Assembly: GCA_951406725.2 (NCBI GenBank)
Contig: OX597819.1
Coordinates: 43,524,001 to 43,588,000, forward strand
Reading direction: 5' to 3'
Origin: Octopus vulgaris
Taxonomy: Eukaryota
DNA length: 64,000 nt
This document shows positions 26,100 to 38,703 of the stretch, one piece after another. Positions within the stretch are counted from its first letter, which is position 1; the number at the start of each line of letters is the position of its first letter. The position numbers were made by a program, and so were the translations under genes. The notes under the pieces were generated by a model. The model saw only the letters and a list, made by a program, of their open reading frames with translations. It was not told where the DNA came from and ran no database searches.

Positions 26100-26188
26100 A
26101 GTGAAACCAAGTAGCAACACCAAATGGCGGTGGCCCAGCATGGCCACAGCTCATAAGCTGAAACTAGAATCAATCAATCAATCAATCA
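23139..26188 (+). mobile_element. 5'-truncated young CR1-group LINE with short 3' UTR and (AATC)n tail
   Basis: Intact ORF2, ~70-bp 3' UTR with stem-loop, GAATCAATCAATC tail, (TA)n on both sides. Confidence 0.92.
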
Positions 26189-26208
26189 TATATATATATA
26201 TATATATA

Positions 26209-26346
26209 ATATTAATTAGAGACAAAATCACTATTTTGCAAATCAAACAAGGAAAGACTTAATCAATACATAAAAAGATTTTAATATAAAGTAAATAAAT
26301 CGCCACTACAATTGTTTCCTGTCTTCAAATGACATAAATGACATTC
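26209..26346 (-). mobile_element. Truncated Penelope-like end with 3' half of a hammerhead
   Basis: Minus strand GAAAC-AATT-GTA with palindromic stem III; flanked by (TA)n. Confidence 0.35.
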
Positions 26347-26352
26347 AATATA

Positions 26353-26503
<151 letters not shown>

Positions 26504-26521
26504 GCTGATATATATATATAT

Positions 26522-26844
26522 GTTAATTAAAATCTTAGGGTAGCAAGAATATTCATAGAAAAATTCTTAGTTACCAGTGGTCTAGCGAGAAAGAAAAAAT
26601 TAGTCAATAGACTATATATTATTCAAAGAAGAATACAGTGTACGTTCAAACACAAAAGAGATACCCGAAGAATAGGATATATGACTCGCTAGAAAGAGCA
26701 GTTAAAACTCCAAGCCACCAATTGTTCACTTTCGGAATTACAACAATTGGTGGCTTGGAGTTTTAACTGCTCTTTCTAGCGAGTCAGGTATCCTATTCTT
26801 TGGGTATCTCTTTTGTGTTTGAACGTACACTGTATTCTTCTTTG

Positions 26845-26848
<4 letters not shown>
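26522..26848. mobile_element. (TA)n-flanked element with ~107-bp inverted repeat
   Basis: Arms ~26621-26727 and ~26742-26848 are near-perfect reverse complements; same one-long-arm architecture as 1160 and 5160. Confidence 0.7.
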
Positions 26849-26916
<68 letters not shown>

Positions 26917-27058
26917 ACACACACACACACACATGCACACACACATATGTATATATATATACAAATATAGTGTTATATTTCGGGATGGTCATATTTCGGG
27001 ATGCCAATTAAACGCACGCACTACATACTCACACGTTTACCTATCTACCTATGTATCC

Positions 27059-27167
<109 letters not shown>

Positions 27168-27170
27168 CAT

Positions 27171-27614
27171 AAAAAGATGGGTGAATGTAGCAAGAATGGC
27201 ACGTATGAATGACGAAGCCACCTTGAGCATGATCCTATGAACCCAGAAATTGAAAACAGAGAGTTGCTTATTCGCAAAAAAAAAAAAAAAAGAAATATAA
27301 CATGTGACTCCATTGACCGAGGTTACCGTGGTCTTTTCCGTAGGCTTTTCTTTCCACGGGTAAACCTCACCTGTCCCCCCCTTTACACTTCATATTGACA
27401 TTTCTGTGATAACGATCCCTATTGATCAATTTTTTTTTCTTCCTCTCCCCCTTTTTTTAACCCCCCCTTTTTTTGTCCTCTTCCTCTCCTTTTACGATCC
27501 CTTTTGATCGAAACTCCCCCTTCCTTTTTTTTTTTTTTTAAACCTTCAAAAGAAAAGCTCTACCTTGTAATTTGTTCTATCTGTGTGCAGCCCTGTGTGG
27601 CTAATAAAGAAACA
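27171..27614 (+). mobile_element. Tx1/L1-like LINE 3' end in (TATC)n, copy 1
   Basis: [22 protein letters not shown] plus 3' UTR ending GGCTAATAAAGAAACA then (TATC)n. Confidence 0.75.
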
Positions 27615-27690
<76 letters not shown>

Positions 27691-27695
27691 CATCC

Positions 27696-27784
<89 letters not shown>

Positions 27785-28394
27785 ATATCGTCACGCCTCC
27801 TTCCTTCAAACGGGAAGGAAGAGCTATTTTTATCATACTTGTGGCTATGGCGAAAGAATGTATCTGGTGGACGCGCCTGAAAGGATTAGAGACAAACACT
27901 TTGCTCTCTGGTCAATCTCTCATCAACTTCTTCAAGTATCACTTGAAGAGGAAAGTGAGAGTAGAGAGGCAAGTTTTGTCTAGTGAATGTTTTAAAAAAA
28001 GATGGGTGACTGTGGCAAGGATGGCACGTATGAATGACGAAGCCACCTTGACTATGATTCTATGAACCGTAAAAATTAATACAGAGAGTTGCTTATTTGC
28101 AAAAAAAACGTGACTTCATTGACCGAGGTTACCGTGGTCTTTTCCATAGGCTTTTCTTTCCACGGGTAAACCTCACCTGTCCTCCCCTTTACACTTCATA
28201 TTGACATTTCTGTGATAACGATCCCTATTGATAATTTTTTTCCTTTCCCTTTCCCCCCTTTTTTGTCCTCTTTCTTTCCTTTAACGATCCCTTTTGATCG
28301 AAAACCAAACTCCCTTTTTTTACCCCCAAAAGAAAAGCTCTACCTTGTAATTTGTCCTGTCTGTGTGCAGCCCTGTGTGGCTAATAAAGAAACA
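27785..28394 (+). mobile_element. Tx1/L1-like LINE 3' end in (TATC)n, copy 2
   Basis: AKECIWWTR...[14 protein letters not shown]...FKKRW C-terminus; same 3' junction as copy 1 with a different 5' truncation. Confidence 0.78.
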
Positions 28395-28468
<74 letters not shown>

Positions 28469-29447
28469 GATAGATAGATAGATAGATAGATTGACAGATT
28501 GACAGATAGACGAATAGACAGATGGACATATTGATAGACAGACAAGATATACATCTGAATCTCTTTTCACTTTCTCAGTCGCTATACGTATAAACCACCC
28601 AGTCTTCCTTCCCATCGTTTCCTTTCATTTCTCGTTTCTGTCTTATACTGTCTCTCATTCTATCTGTCTGTCTGTCTCTGTTTGTCTCACTCTCTTCTCC
28701 GACTTTTCTCTATCTAAATCTATTGCGACAGTCCAAGATAATAATGGTTGCTCATTAATACAATTCCTTCAAAGTTCCCCAACCAAATCCCTCCATCTCA
28801 ATATCGTCGTCGTCGTCGTCGTCCCACTTCACATCACCTCCATATCACCTCTTCGCAACCTCACCGCAACCCACCACTTGCAGAACTAACCTAGCGAAAG
28901 GCTGGCTTGCATTGAACGCTGTGGATGGATTTCAGGTTAAGTAGATTAATAAGTTCGTTGTTACATCGTTTGCTCTGGTGGCATGCACAACAAGGCAGGG
29001 TTAATCAGATAATCAGGTACAAATGAGTTTGCTGATCAAATAAGATAGAAATAACGTTACGATTGCTTTGCTCCATGATACACGCTTTGATATCGCTAAT
29101 CTTTTTAATTGCGATTTGAAGAATTAAATAAATTACTATAATGTAAAGTTGCTTTGAACATCTTAGGAGAAAAGTAACAACAGATTTTAGTATTTGGTTA
29201 TGAATTATCGGGAACTTTAATCCAAAAGGCTGATTGGATGACGATTAGGTAGGGAAAAGGTTCTCAAGTTTATTGAGTTTTCAATTTGGACACCGCTTGT
29301 AGGCTTGTTTCTCTCTTCCTTTTTTTCTTTCTATTGTTCATATTACTAAAACCAGTGTCGTGATGTGACCATAGCTACGACAGTTTATCTTTGCTAATGT
29401 GTATGTGTGTGTATGTGTGTTATGTGTGTGTATATGTATGCTTTTGT

Positions 29448-29745
29448 GTTCCTTTTCGAGCCACGTGTGACTCATAAGGGCCGGTTTCCCGGTTTCCTTG
29501 GCGTATAGGTTCCCCACCTGGACGGGACGCTGGTCCGTCGCAGGTGAGCTGCAAGATGCAGGAGGAAAGAGTGAGAGAAAGTTGTGGCGAAAGAGTCAGC
29601 AGAAGTTCGCCATTACCCTCTGCCGGAGCCGCGTGGAGCTTAGGTGTTTCGCTCATGAACACACACATCAGCCGGTCTGAGATTCGAACCCGCGATCCTT
29701 CGACCGCGAGTCCGCTGCTCTAGTCACTAGACTATGTGCCTTCAC
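29448..29745 (-). mobile_element. SINE, head A variant + tail T2
   Basis: Minus strand head ...GCAGCGGACTCGCGGTCG...GGTTCGAATC; tail TGCGACGGACCAGCGTCCCGTCCAGGTGGGGAAC. Confidence 0.78.
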
Positions 29746-30365
29746 TATGCTTTTGAGTGTGAGGAAGTGAGCGAGAGTTTGTGTGTATGCTGGTTCAGAA
29801 GTTCCAGGGCTTTTGGAGTAGGAAACCACGTCTTAGGCAATATTATTAATAGGTGTAGTATGACTCGAAGTAGTAGCATCTGTCAGGGTCCCAGGTATGG
29901 GTTAATTAGCATATTAAGGTTTGTCGTACCCATGCATGTTTAGAACAGATCTCACGGACTCTGCGAAGAATCCTTCATTGTTCAACAGAGGGGAAATTGG
30001 CGGCAGCAACGCTTTGTGGTATGCAGAGAGCAACATGATGCAAATGAAACATCTTGGTCATCCGCTGCATCTGTTTTTATCCTCAAGCCACTGGAGGGAA
30101 GATGGTCAGGGATAAGAGAGTGAGGTTGACGATACACAACTCTTCTTCGTTTTAAACTAAGTCACCGCGCAAGTAATTAGTTATCTCAGAGGAAGACTAG
30201 AAGGTCCTCGTCGCTCCGAGGGACGAACAGGACAAAAAAAATGTACGGTACAACCAGCCATCACTCACGAACAAGCATGGGTTAGTTACATGCATCACAT
30301 TTACGATAAATATTTTAGGTGTTTATATAGTCGTGAGAAGATATAAACATCGTTCATTAGTTGTC

Positions 30366-30427
<62 letters not shown>

Positions 30428-30431
<4 letters not shown>

Positions 30432-30736
30432 CCACTTAAATGTGACTAAACACTAAGGGTAGATGCTACTGTAGCTTGTAGCCTCAGGAAAACATCTCCA
30501 GCTGGCTATTGACACTTTCTGTGCCCTATCAGTATTTGCAAAGAGAAGCCATCCTTCCCATCGTCGACCTGACGTAATACGCACGGACCCGGGTTTCTGG
30601 TTATTTACCCGTCGTCAGCGCACGACAACCACCGGTCTTCGATGCGAAGGGGTCCCAATGCAAATACATATATCCTTTTTCCAGTGACAAAAAGTCACTG
30701 ATCTCGAAAAAGTGTAAAGAAGCAATAATAAATCTC

Positions 30737-30740
<4 letters not shown>
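30428..30740 (-). mobile_element. (TA)n-flanked short element carrying a hammerhead
   Basis: Unique ~310-bp island between two (TA)n tracts containing a hammerhead core. Confidence 0.65.
30581..30623 (-). ncRNA. Minimal type I hammerhead ribozyme
   Basis: Minus strand GTGCG-CTGACGA-CGGGTAAATAACCA-GAAAC-CCGG-GTC-CGTGC; palindromic stem III ACCCGGGT, canonical GUC triplet, imperfect stem II. Confidence 0.75.
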
Positions 30741-30808
<68 letters not shown>

Positions 30809-30908
30809 AATATATTCATATGTATATATATATATATATATATATACACATAAATATATATATATATATACATATATATGCATATAAATCTATCTATATA
30901 TACAACTC

Positions 30909-30979
<71 letters not shown>

Positions 30980-30981
<2 letters not shown>

Positions 30982-31172
30982 CCACATGTGTATCGTTGGC
31001 GATTTTCTTCCTCCGTCTTCCCTCCTATTAAACTTTCTTCTGTTTCCGAAGAAGAGCGTCTGCTCGAATTGTTAAACAATCTTTCTTTACTTCTCTGAGC
31101 GTCTGCTAATACTTTACATGTACCACGTCCTTGCGTTGTTGTTTTTTTGCGTTTGTTCTTCTTGTTTGGATT

Positions 31173-31173
<1 letters not shown>
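30980..31173 (+). mobile_element. Diverged copy of the ~200-bp hammerhead-bearing family
   Basis: GTTT-CCGAAGA-AGAGC-GTCT-GCTC-GAATT-GTT-AAAC at 31042-31077; flanks homologous to 31686-31893. Confidence 0.7.
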
Positions 31174-31244
<71 letters not shown>

Positions 31245-31510
31245 CATATGCCTACCTAATCTACTATTATGCCTACCTAATGCACCCCAAAATAAAATAT
31301 TTTTTGCATAGTAATCAGAGTAATCTAATTAATGAATTAGGTGCATGTTTTGCATTAAAAGAAAAATGTTGCTATCGATTTATCTTATTTAAGGTAGGCA
31401 CTGTCTACCTTGCTCACCTACGCTGCACGTCCCTGATATATATATATATATAAACATGTCTACATACATAGACGCATGTCTGCATATATAGACGCATGTC
31501 TGCATACATA

Positions 31511-31893
31511 GACGCAGGAGTGGCTGTGTGGTAAGAAGCTTGCTTACCAGCCACATGGTTCCGGATTCAGTCCCACTGCGTGGCACCTTGGGCAACTGTC
31601 TTCTACCATAGCTTTGGGCCGACCAAAGCCTTGTGAGTGGATCTGGTAGACGGAACTGAAAGAAGCCCGTCGTGTATATATATAATTCAAAATGTGACCG
31701 CGTGCGTACCGTTGGCGATTTTTTTCCTCCGTCTTTCCCTTCTTTGGATCTTTCCTTTTCCTATGTTTCTGACGAAGAGCTCCGCCCGGAACGTTAAACC
31801 CCCTTCTTTCCTTCTTTCCTGAGCGTCCAGTAATACTATACTTGTTCCACGTCCTCGCGTTGTTGTGTTTTCTCTTTGTGTTTTCATGTTTAG

Positions 31894-31924
<31 letters not shown>

Positions 31925-32135
31925 TGTGTGTCTGTTTGTCACCCCAACATCGCTTGACAACCGATGCCGGTGTATTTACGTCCCCGTCACTTAGCGGTTC
32001 GGCAAAAGGGAGCGATAGAACAAGTACTAGGCTTACAAACGCTAAGTCCTGGGGTCGATTGGCATGACTAAAAGGCGGTGCTCCAGCATGGCCGCAGTCA
32101 AATGACTGAAACAAGTAAAAGAATAAAAGAATAAA
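31511..32135 (+). mobile_element. CORE-type SINE with an insertion in its internal (TA)n
   Basis: Head 31511-31672 and tail 31921-32135 separated by the hammerhead element. Confidence 0.85.
31686..31893 (+). mobile_element. ~200-bp Penelope-like pLTR element with minimal hammerhead (31765-31799)
   Basis: GTTT-CTGACGA-AGAGC-TCC-GCCC-GGAAC-GTT-AAAC; homologs at 30980, 37866 and 14855. Confidence 0.75.
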
Positions 32136-32782
32136 GAATATATTCTGTGTATTCCAAACGTATCCTAATGTAATCCTTATTGTTCTTTGTACACCCCGAT
32201 ACTTTCCATACAAAGTATGTAAAACGAAAACATATATTTATATATATTTTGTCATTTTTGCTTGACTAATTAATTAATTTGTATCCATTAGATCTCTCTG
32301 TTTTCTAACTCGATAATAATGTTTGATATATTACGATATTTTATTCAATATATTCATTGAAGAAATATCTCTTTAAAATTTAACATATTAAATCAGTGTA
32401 TCTTGGATAAATATCCCTATAAGAGGTTTAAATATCCTCATTGTAACTAATATATATAAGACCAAGCTTAAAACTTCGTCAACAAAAGGGGTGAGCTGGA
32501 GGTCAGAATCATGTATTTATACATACAACACCACCCCCGCCTTCTACTGAACACTAACTAATAAAAACTTACTTGAACCTGTTCACTTCGGGGAAGACCA
32601 AATGGACGGACCTTGATGGAACTGCACTGAGAATATTGCAATGTTGCATCTGCAACAATGTGCAACCGGTGTAGTGGAAACACGTGCAGGTAATTGTGAT
32701 ATGCTGTATATAACTATAAAATAAAAATTTTGTGGATTTACAAGTCTCTATACTCATTATTATTATTAATATTAGATATGAA

Positions 32783-33402
32783 AGCGGTGAGTTGGCAGAA
32801 TCGTTAGCACGCCGGGAGAAATGCTTTACGGTATTTCGTCTGCGTTACGTTGTGAGTTCAAATTCCGCCAAGGTCGACTTTGCCTTTCATCCTTTCGGGG
32901 TCGGTAAATTAAGTACCAGTTACGCACTGGGGTCGATGTAATCGACTTAATGCCTATGTCTGTCCTTGTTTGTCCGCTCTGTGTTTAGCCCCTTGTGGGT
33001 AATAAAGAAATAGGTATTTCGTCTGTCGTTACGTCTGAGTTCAAATTCTGCCGAGGTCGACTTTGCATTTCATCTTTTCGGGGTCGATTAAATAAGTACC
33101 AGTTACGCACTGGGGTCGATATAATCGACTTAATCCCTTTGTCTGTCCTTGCTTGTCCTCTTTGTGTTTAGCCCCTTGTGGGTAGTAAAGAAATAGAAAT
33201 AGGTATTCCGTCTGTCGTTACGTTCTGGAGGTCAGAATCATGTATCTATACGTACAACAACACCCCCACCTTCAAATTCTGCCGAGGTCGACTCTGCCTT
33301 TCATCCTTTAGAGTTCGATGAAATATGTACCAGTCAAATGATGGGGTCCATGTAATCGACTAGTATCCTGCCTCAAATTTCAGGCCTTGTGCCTATAGTA
33401 GA
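32783..33402 (+). mobile_element. Meta-domain-type SINE trimer (one head, three bodies)
   Basis: Body GGTATTTCGTCTG...GTCGACTTTGCCTTTCATCC repeated at ~32830, ~33013 and ~33202. Confidence 0.85.
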
Positions 33403-33825
33403 TAATATTATTATCATATGTGTGTATATTTATGCATGTATATATGAGTTATTGTGTGCATGCATATTTCTCTGAGTCAAAGGGGGAGGAGTATTTGCGT
33501 GTTCGGTCGACATGCTAGAAGTATAGACCAAATCTCCATCAAACCCCACTGTCTTGACTTGGGGAACGCAATGCGCTATCGAATAACGTATTTTGCTGTA
33601 TTAGGCAATGGCAAAAAAGAATAAAATGATGACTTGGTTATGTGTTGAATGGTTTTGATCGTAGTTGAGTCTGTCGCATCAGGATCGACCTGGCAGAGAA
33701 CAACTACAACGACAACAAAACCAGCAATCCCAACAACAAGGTAACTAAGACTGCACCATTAGCACTAGCACCAGTACCAACCATAAAATATATCCTTCTC
33801 TATCTCACCACTCCAGATTAAACAA

Positions 33826-34041
<216 letters not shown>

Positions 34042-35213
34042 GTGCGATTCGCACACGCATACGCACGTCGTCGCTTCTTGTTTGTCTCTCGTCGGAGATA
34101 TTTATATGTTGATTTTTTTTATTTATCCGCAAATTTAATTAATAAGCGAGAATTATAATGAGGTCTCATGTGAAATATTACTTCAAAACTTTGTAATGAA
34201 TAATGCGTAAGAGAAAAATATCAAGCAAAACTCAGAAGGCATTGTTGAATGAAGAACTTTCTAAATCTGGAATATTGAAGAGAAAATTTTTTGTTGAAAT
34301 GTTGAAATTAACTCATACACTCACATTCATACATATTTAGAAACACACGCACACATATACACATAGTCACAAAGGGACATTGTGCATTAATTAGGGTTAA
34401 CATATTTAATGTATAGCATATTAAGAAAAGAAATTCCCTAGATGAATTTTATATAGCAAAATAGTAATAATACTCATTGATTTATATTAATTTCTTTTCC
34501 TTTTGACAATTGTCTGAAGTCTATGCTTCGCTGATGAGAACGTAGCAATGCCGAAACATATGCACAGCTGTCTGAAACTTCTCGAAAACAAGAAAAGAAA
34601 ACAAAAACACCGGAAATAATATTACTGAAGGGCTAATATTTTTCCCTCGCTGCATATATATTTCCATTTAGGCCTTTTGAGATATTTTTATATTAAATAT
34701 ATTAACATTAGCTTAAAAAATGTTTTTCATACAGTAGGCGCGACTGACTTATTAATTCTCAAAACAATTTACTATACCGTTACAGTTTTAAGTGATACAT
34801 AGGTCATTAGTTTGGCAAAAAAAAAAAAGTGAAATCAGTACCTCGTTGATAAGGCTGCAATAAGATCGAAACATGCCGGGAATTATCAACCCGTACTTGC
34901 CGAAATGATTAGAATGGAGTTAATCATTAACTATATTGTTTTTGTTTCTCAAAGTGTAAATATTTCTATGAAGCTTTGTTTTAAATACATTACCACTAAC
35001 TTTATCGTTCATCATACAGACAGCATACATACTAAGCTTTATATTTTATAAACAACACTGTTTCACTCCACCTGCTACTGCGTTAATCCTTATTTCGGCA
35101 AATACAGTGAAGGTCATATTTTGATGATGAAGTCGTAATGAAAGCGATATTTACCCAGAGTTGTCTCCGTAGTTGTTGAGTTATATCATGATTCCTTTCA
35201 ATCTATAGCATAA

Positions 35214-35525
35214 TTAGCACTATGACCCGGCAACGCCGGGTCATAGTGCTAGTGCATGCATATACAGGAGCGTGCGTGTGCACATACACGCGAGTACTGT
35301 CCAAATCTCTGACCAATCACATACAGCTAGCTGGCATTCAATTGGCATATCAAGTTTCGGGCATTTTGATTGGGTTTGGGATAGAAAATTCACAAACAAG
35401 TCACTTCTATTGATTTTTTAATGGCTTTGGGGAAATGTAAAGATGTGCACGACCATCCTTGGACGGCTTTGAATGACCATAGAAAGTGCGAGCCCTCTAA
35501 CTGAAAAATTGTGGATATGTATAAA

Positions 35526-35566
<41 letters not shown>

Positions 35567-35590
35567 TTTTGCTGTTTATATATAGAGAGA
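35214..35590 (-). mobile_element. Non-autonomous Helitron
   Basis: Minus strand begins A|TCTCTCTATATATAAAC and ends with a 17-bp-arm palindrome and CTAA|T (CTRR). Confidence 0.8.
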
Positions 35591-35727
35591 TTATTTCTAG
35601 TTAATGCATTTAATGCTACACACGTTATAATAACAATAACCTAACTACTTGGCTGTATGTTTGTGTATTCTAACCAAATATACGTATTTCACCATACTTC
35701 CACATTTTATTACTTTTTTTCCGTCAT

Positions 35728-35880
35728 AGCTGTTTGTTTAAGGAGTTCGTCTTGCAGCTACGTGTTTTGGGGTCTAACCTCACTGCGCGGTACCTTGGAC
35801 AAATAACTTCTGCTATCGGCTCGGACCGACCAATGCCTAATGAGTGAATGTGGTAGGCAGAAAACGTGTGAAGGCCCGCC
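35728..35880 (+). mobile_element. Degenerate CORE-type SINE head
   Basis: CACTGCGCGGTACCTTGGACAA...CCGACCAATGCCTAATGAGTGAATGTGGTAG. Confidence 0.65.
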
Positions 35881-35905
35881 ATATATATATATATATATAT
35901 ATATA

Positions 35906-36037
35906 TTCGGTTAAGTAATTGAGATTCTAGTTAATTCTAAAGAATTCACATGAATATGGTCCTTAACTAGGATGCACCGGAAATCTATATGGTGTTAACC
36001 ATACGACAAGTGGGGTGATTACAAGTGGGGTGATTCC
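35906..36037 (-). mobile_element. Terminal fragment of the 5160/5671 Penelope-like family in (TA)n
   Basis: GAATATGGTCCTTAACTAGGATGCACC...GTGGGGTGATTA. Confidence 0.65.
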
Positions 36038-36204
36038 TATTTATATATATATATATATTGTCCGTTCCTTCCCGCTTTTCTTCCTTCACTGCATTTCTTC
36101 CACTATCTGAAGGAGGGCCATGCACGAAACATCGAGCACCAAACTAATATATTCAGTGTGTACATCTATCTGACTTCTGTTTTCCAGTTCATCGTTCGTT
36201 ACCG

Positions 36205-36371
36205 AGTGGTAAGAAGCTTGCTTCCCAACCACATGCTTCCAGGCTCGGTTCCACTACGTGGCACCTTAGGCAAGTGTCTTCTACTATAGCCATGGGCCAA
36301 AACAGAGCCTTGTGAGTGGATTTGGTGGATGGAAACTGAAGGAAGCGTGCCGTATATATATATATACGTAT

Positions 36372-36409
<38 letters not shown>

Positions 36410-36582
36410 GTATGTATATATTTATATATGTATATCACCCTATCAACAGTTGACAACCGATGTTGGTGTGCTTACGTCACAGTAACCTAGCTGTTCGGTA
36501 TAAGGGACCGAAAGAATAAGAAGGCTTACAAAAAATAAGTCCTATGGTCGATTTCTTCCATTAAAAAACCCTTTAAGGCAGT
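36205..36582 (+). mobile_element. CORE-type SINE
   Basis: Homologous to 682-1084. Confidence 0.8.
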
Positions 36583-36631
36583 GCATACACACACACATGC
36601 GCATTTTCTTCACTGGAGGCTGCAACATTAT

Positions 36632-36692
<61 letters not shown>

Positions 36693-37484
36693 GGAAAGAA
36701 AGTGAGAGTAAGTGAGTGAGGGAGAGGGAGAGAGAGAGAGAGAGAGAGAGAATCGTTTCTAAGTGTTTTTTCTCGTTTTGTGTTGAGAAATTCTTACACA
36801 CGTGTACGTGTATGAATGTTTGTATGTATGTGCGTATATAAATATGTATGTATGAGTGTCCACTGGTTGAGCCTTAGCAGTTGGACAATAGAGTCCTATA
36901 GAATAAATACCAGACTCTCGCACAATCCCCAAAAATACCATTGGGGTCGATTTTTCAAGTAGACCAATGAAAGCCGTGCCTCTGAGCCAAAATATAAAAA
37001 TTACGAACCCAGGTCTTGGCAGTCTTTGATAATATACAAACGGGACTATTTTATGGGGCTGGTTATGGTTCTCGGTAGGTCTACGGCCAATGGCAGCTGG
37101 GGGGGGGGGCGATAACAACTCAATGTTACTACACGAACGAATATTCATCTCTTTCATTGTTCATCGCAAGAAAAAAACTTGCATGAAATATCAAAATCCC
37201 TTTCATTCTTAACTAACCCTGCTCCCTCCTGACACCACTCCTCCGTCAATGTAAAATGGTGATTCTTAGATGGATTACTTGTACGTTATTCTGAAATCTC
37301 GATAACCTGTGTTCATCTATTAAAGCAGGAATAATCCCTTTTATGTCTCATAAAAGCAGTTTATGGTTTAATCCAACGATGATTAATAAAAATATCTTTT
37401 AGAAACTGATACGTGTGTATGTATGTGTGTTTGTACGTTTGTATGTATGTATGCATGTCTGTCTGTCTGTATGTATGTATGGGT

Positions 37485-37530
<46 letters not shown>

Positions 37531-37715
37531 GTCTTATTCTTTCTTTAAATGTGTGCGTCTATGTAGCTGTGTCTATATACATGTATACATATACATATAC
37601 ACATACATACAAGCACACTTACGTATACATATATATTTCTATATTCATGCATACATGCAGTACATGTGTACACACACAAACACACACACACATACATATA
37701 TACTCACACACATAT

Positions 37716-37797
<82 letters not shown>

Positions 37798-37865
37798 GTA
37801 TATATATATGTATATATATATGTAAATATATATGTAAATATATATATATATACATATATATGTAT

Positions 37866-38083
37866 ATAAAGTTAATCCAAACATGAAATCACAAAGAGAA
37901 AACACAACAACGCGAGGACGTGGAACAAGTATAGTATTATTGGACGCTCAGGAAAGAAGGAAAGAAGGTGGGTTTAACGTTTCGAGCGGAGCTCTTCGTC
38001 GTAAACATAGGAAAAGGAAAGATCCAAATAAGGGAAGACGGAGGAAAAAAATCGCCAACGGTGCACACGCGGTCACATTTTGA
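37866..38083 (-). mobile_element. ~200-bp Penelope-like pLTR element with minimal hammerhead (37972-38006)
   Basis: Minus strand GTTT-ACGACGA-AGAGC-TCC-GCTC-GAAAC-GTT-AAAC; near-identical to 31686-31893. Confidence 0.75.
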
Positions 38084-38185
38084 ATGCATTTTGAATTTTG
38101 AATGTATATATATATATATATAGAAATATATATATGCACACATATACATACAAATATACATACATACATACATACATACATACAT

Positions 38186-38248
<63 letters not shown>

Positions 38249-38369
38249 AATATATATATTTCCTCGCTGTTTTTTGCTATACAGTTGTTATGGACTGGTT
38301 GCTGCCGTATTCATGTCAACTTCTACTCAATGATGACCATCCGCTGAGTAATTGGTGACCATCCAAGGA

Positions 38370-38428
<59 letters not shown>

Positions 38429-38703
38429 AACGCACACACAGAATACTACTATTAGCTATGGATAATGGTGAATACTTTACCTTCGTTTCATAGCCTCTAA
38501 GTGATCCATTGTCATGCTAGAAATGACAACCAATTTCCTCTCAAACAATCCATATTTTACCTTCTGAAAAAGATGAAAGCTTCATTGCATAATGCAACAA
38601 CCTTCAGTACATTGTTTGAAAGTAAGATACTTGTGGCTGGAGCGATTTGATCATAGGTCTGCTTGATTACAAGTGACCTACGCCTAAACAACGAGAGGAG
38701 GAG

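Noticed and set aside
29750-30230. Possible very old LINE fragment on the minus strand
   Set aside because: Too degenerate to recover convincing motifs by eye
36100-36140. CTGAAGGAGGGCC...CGAAACATCG hammerhead-like string (similar case at 14726-14752)
   Set aside because: Core and stems too degraded to call individually
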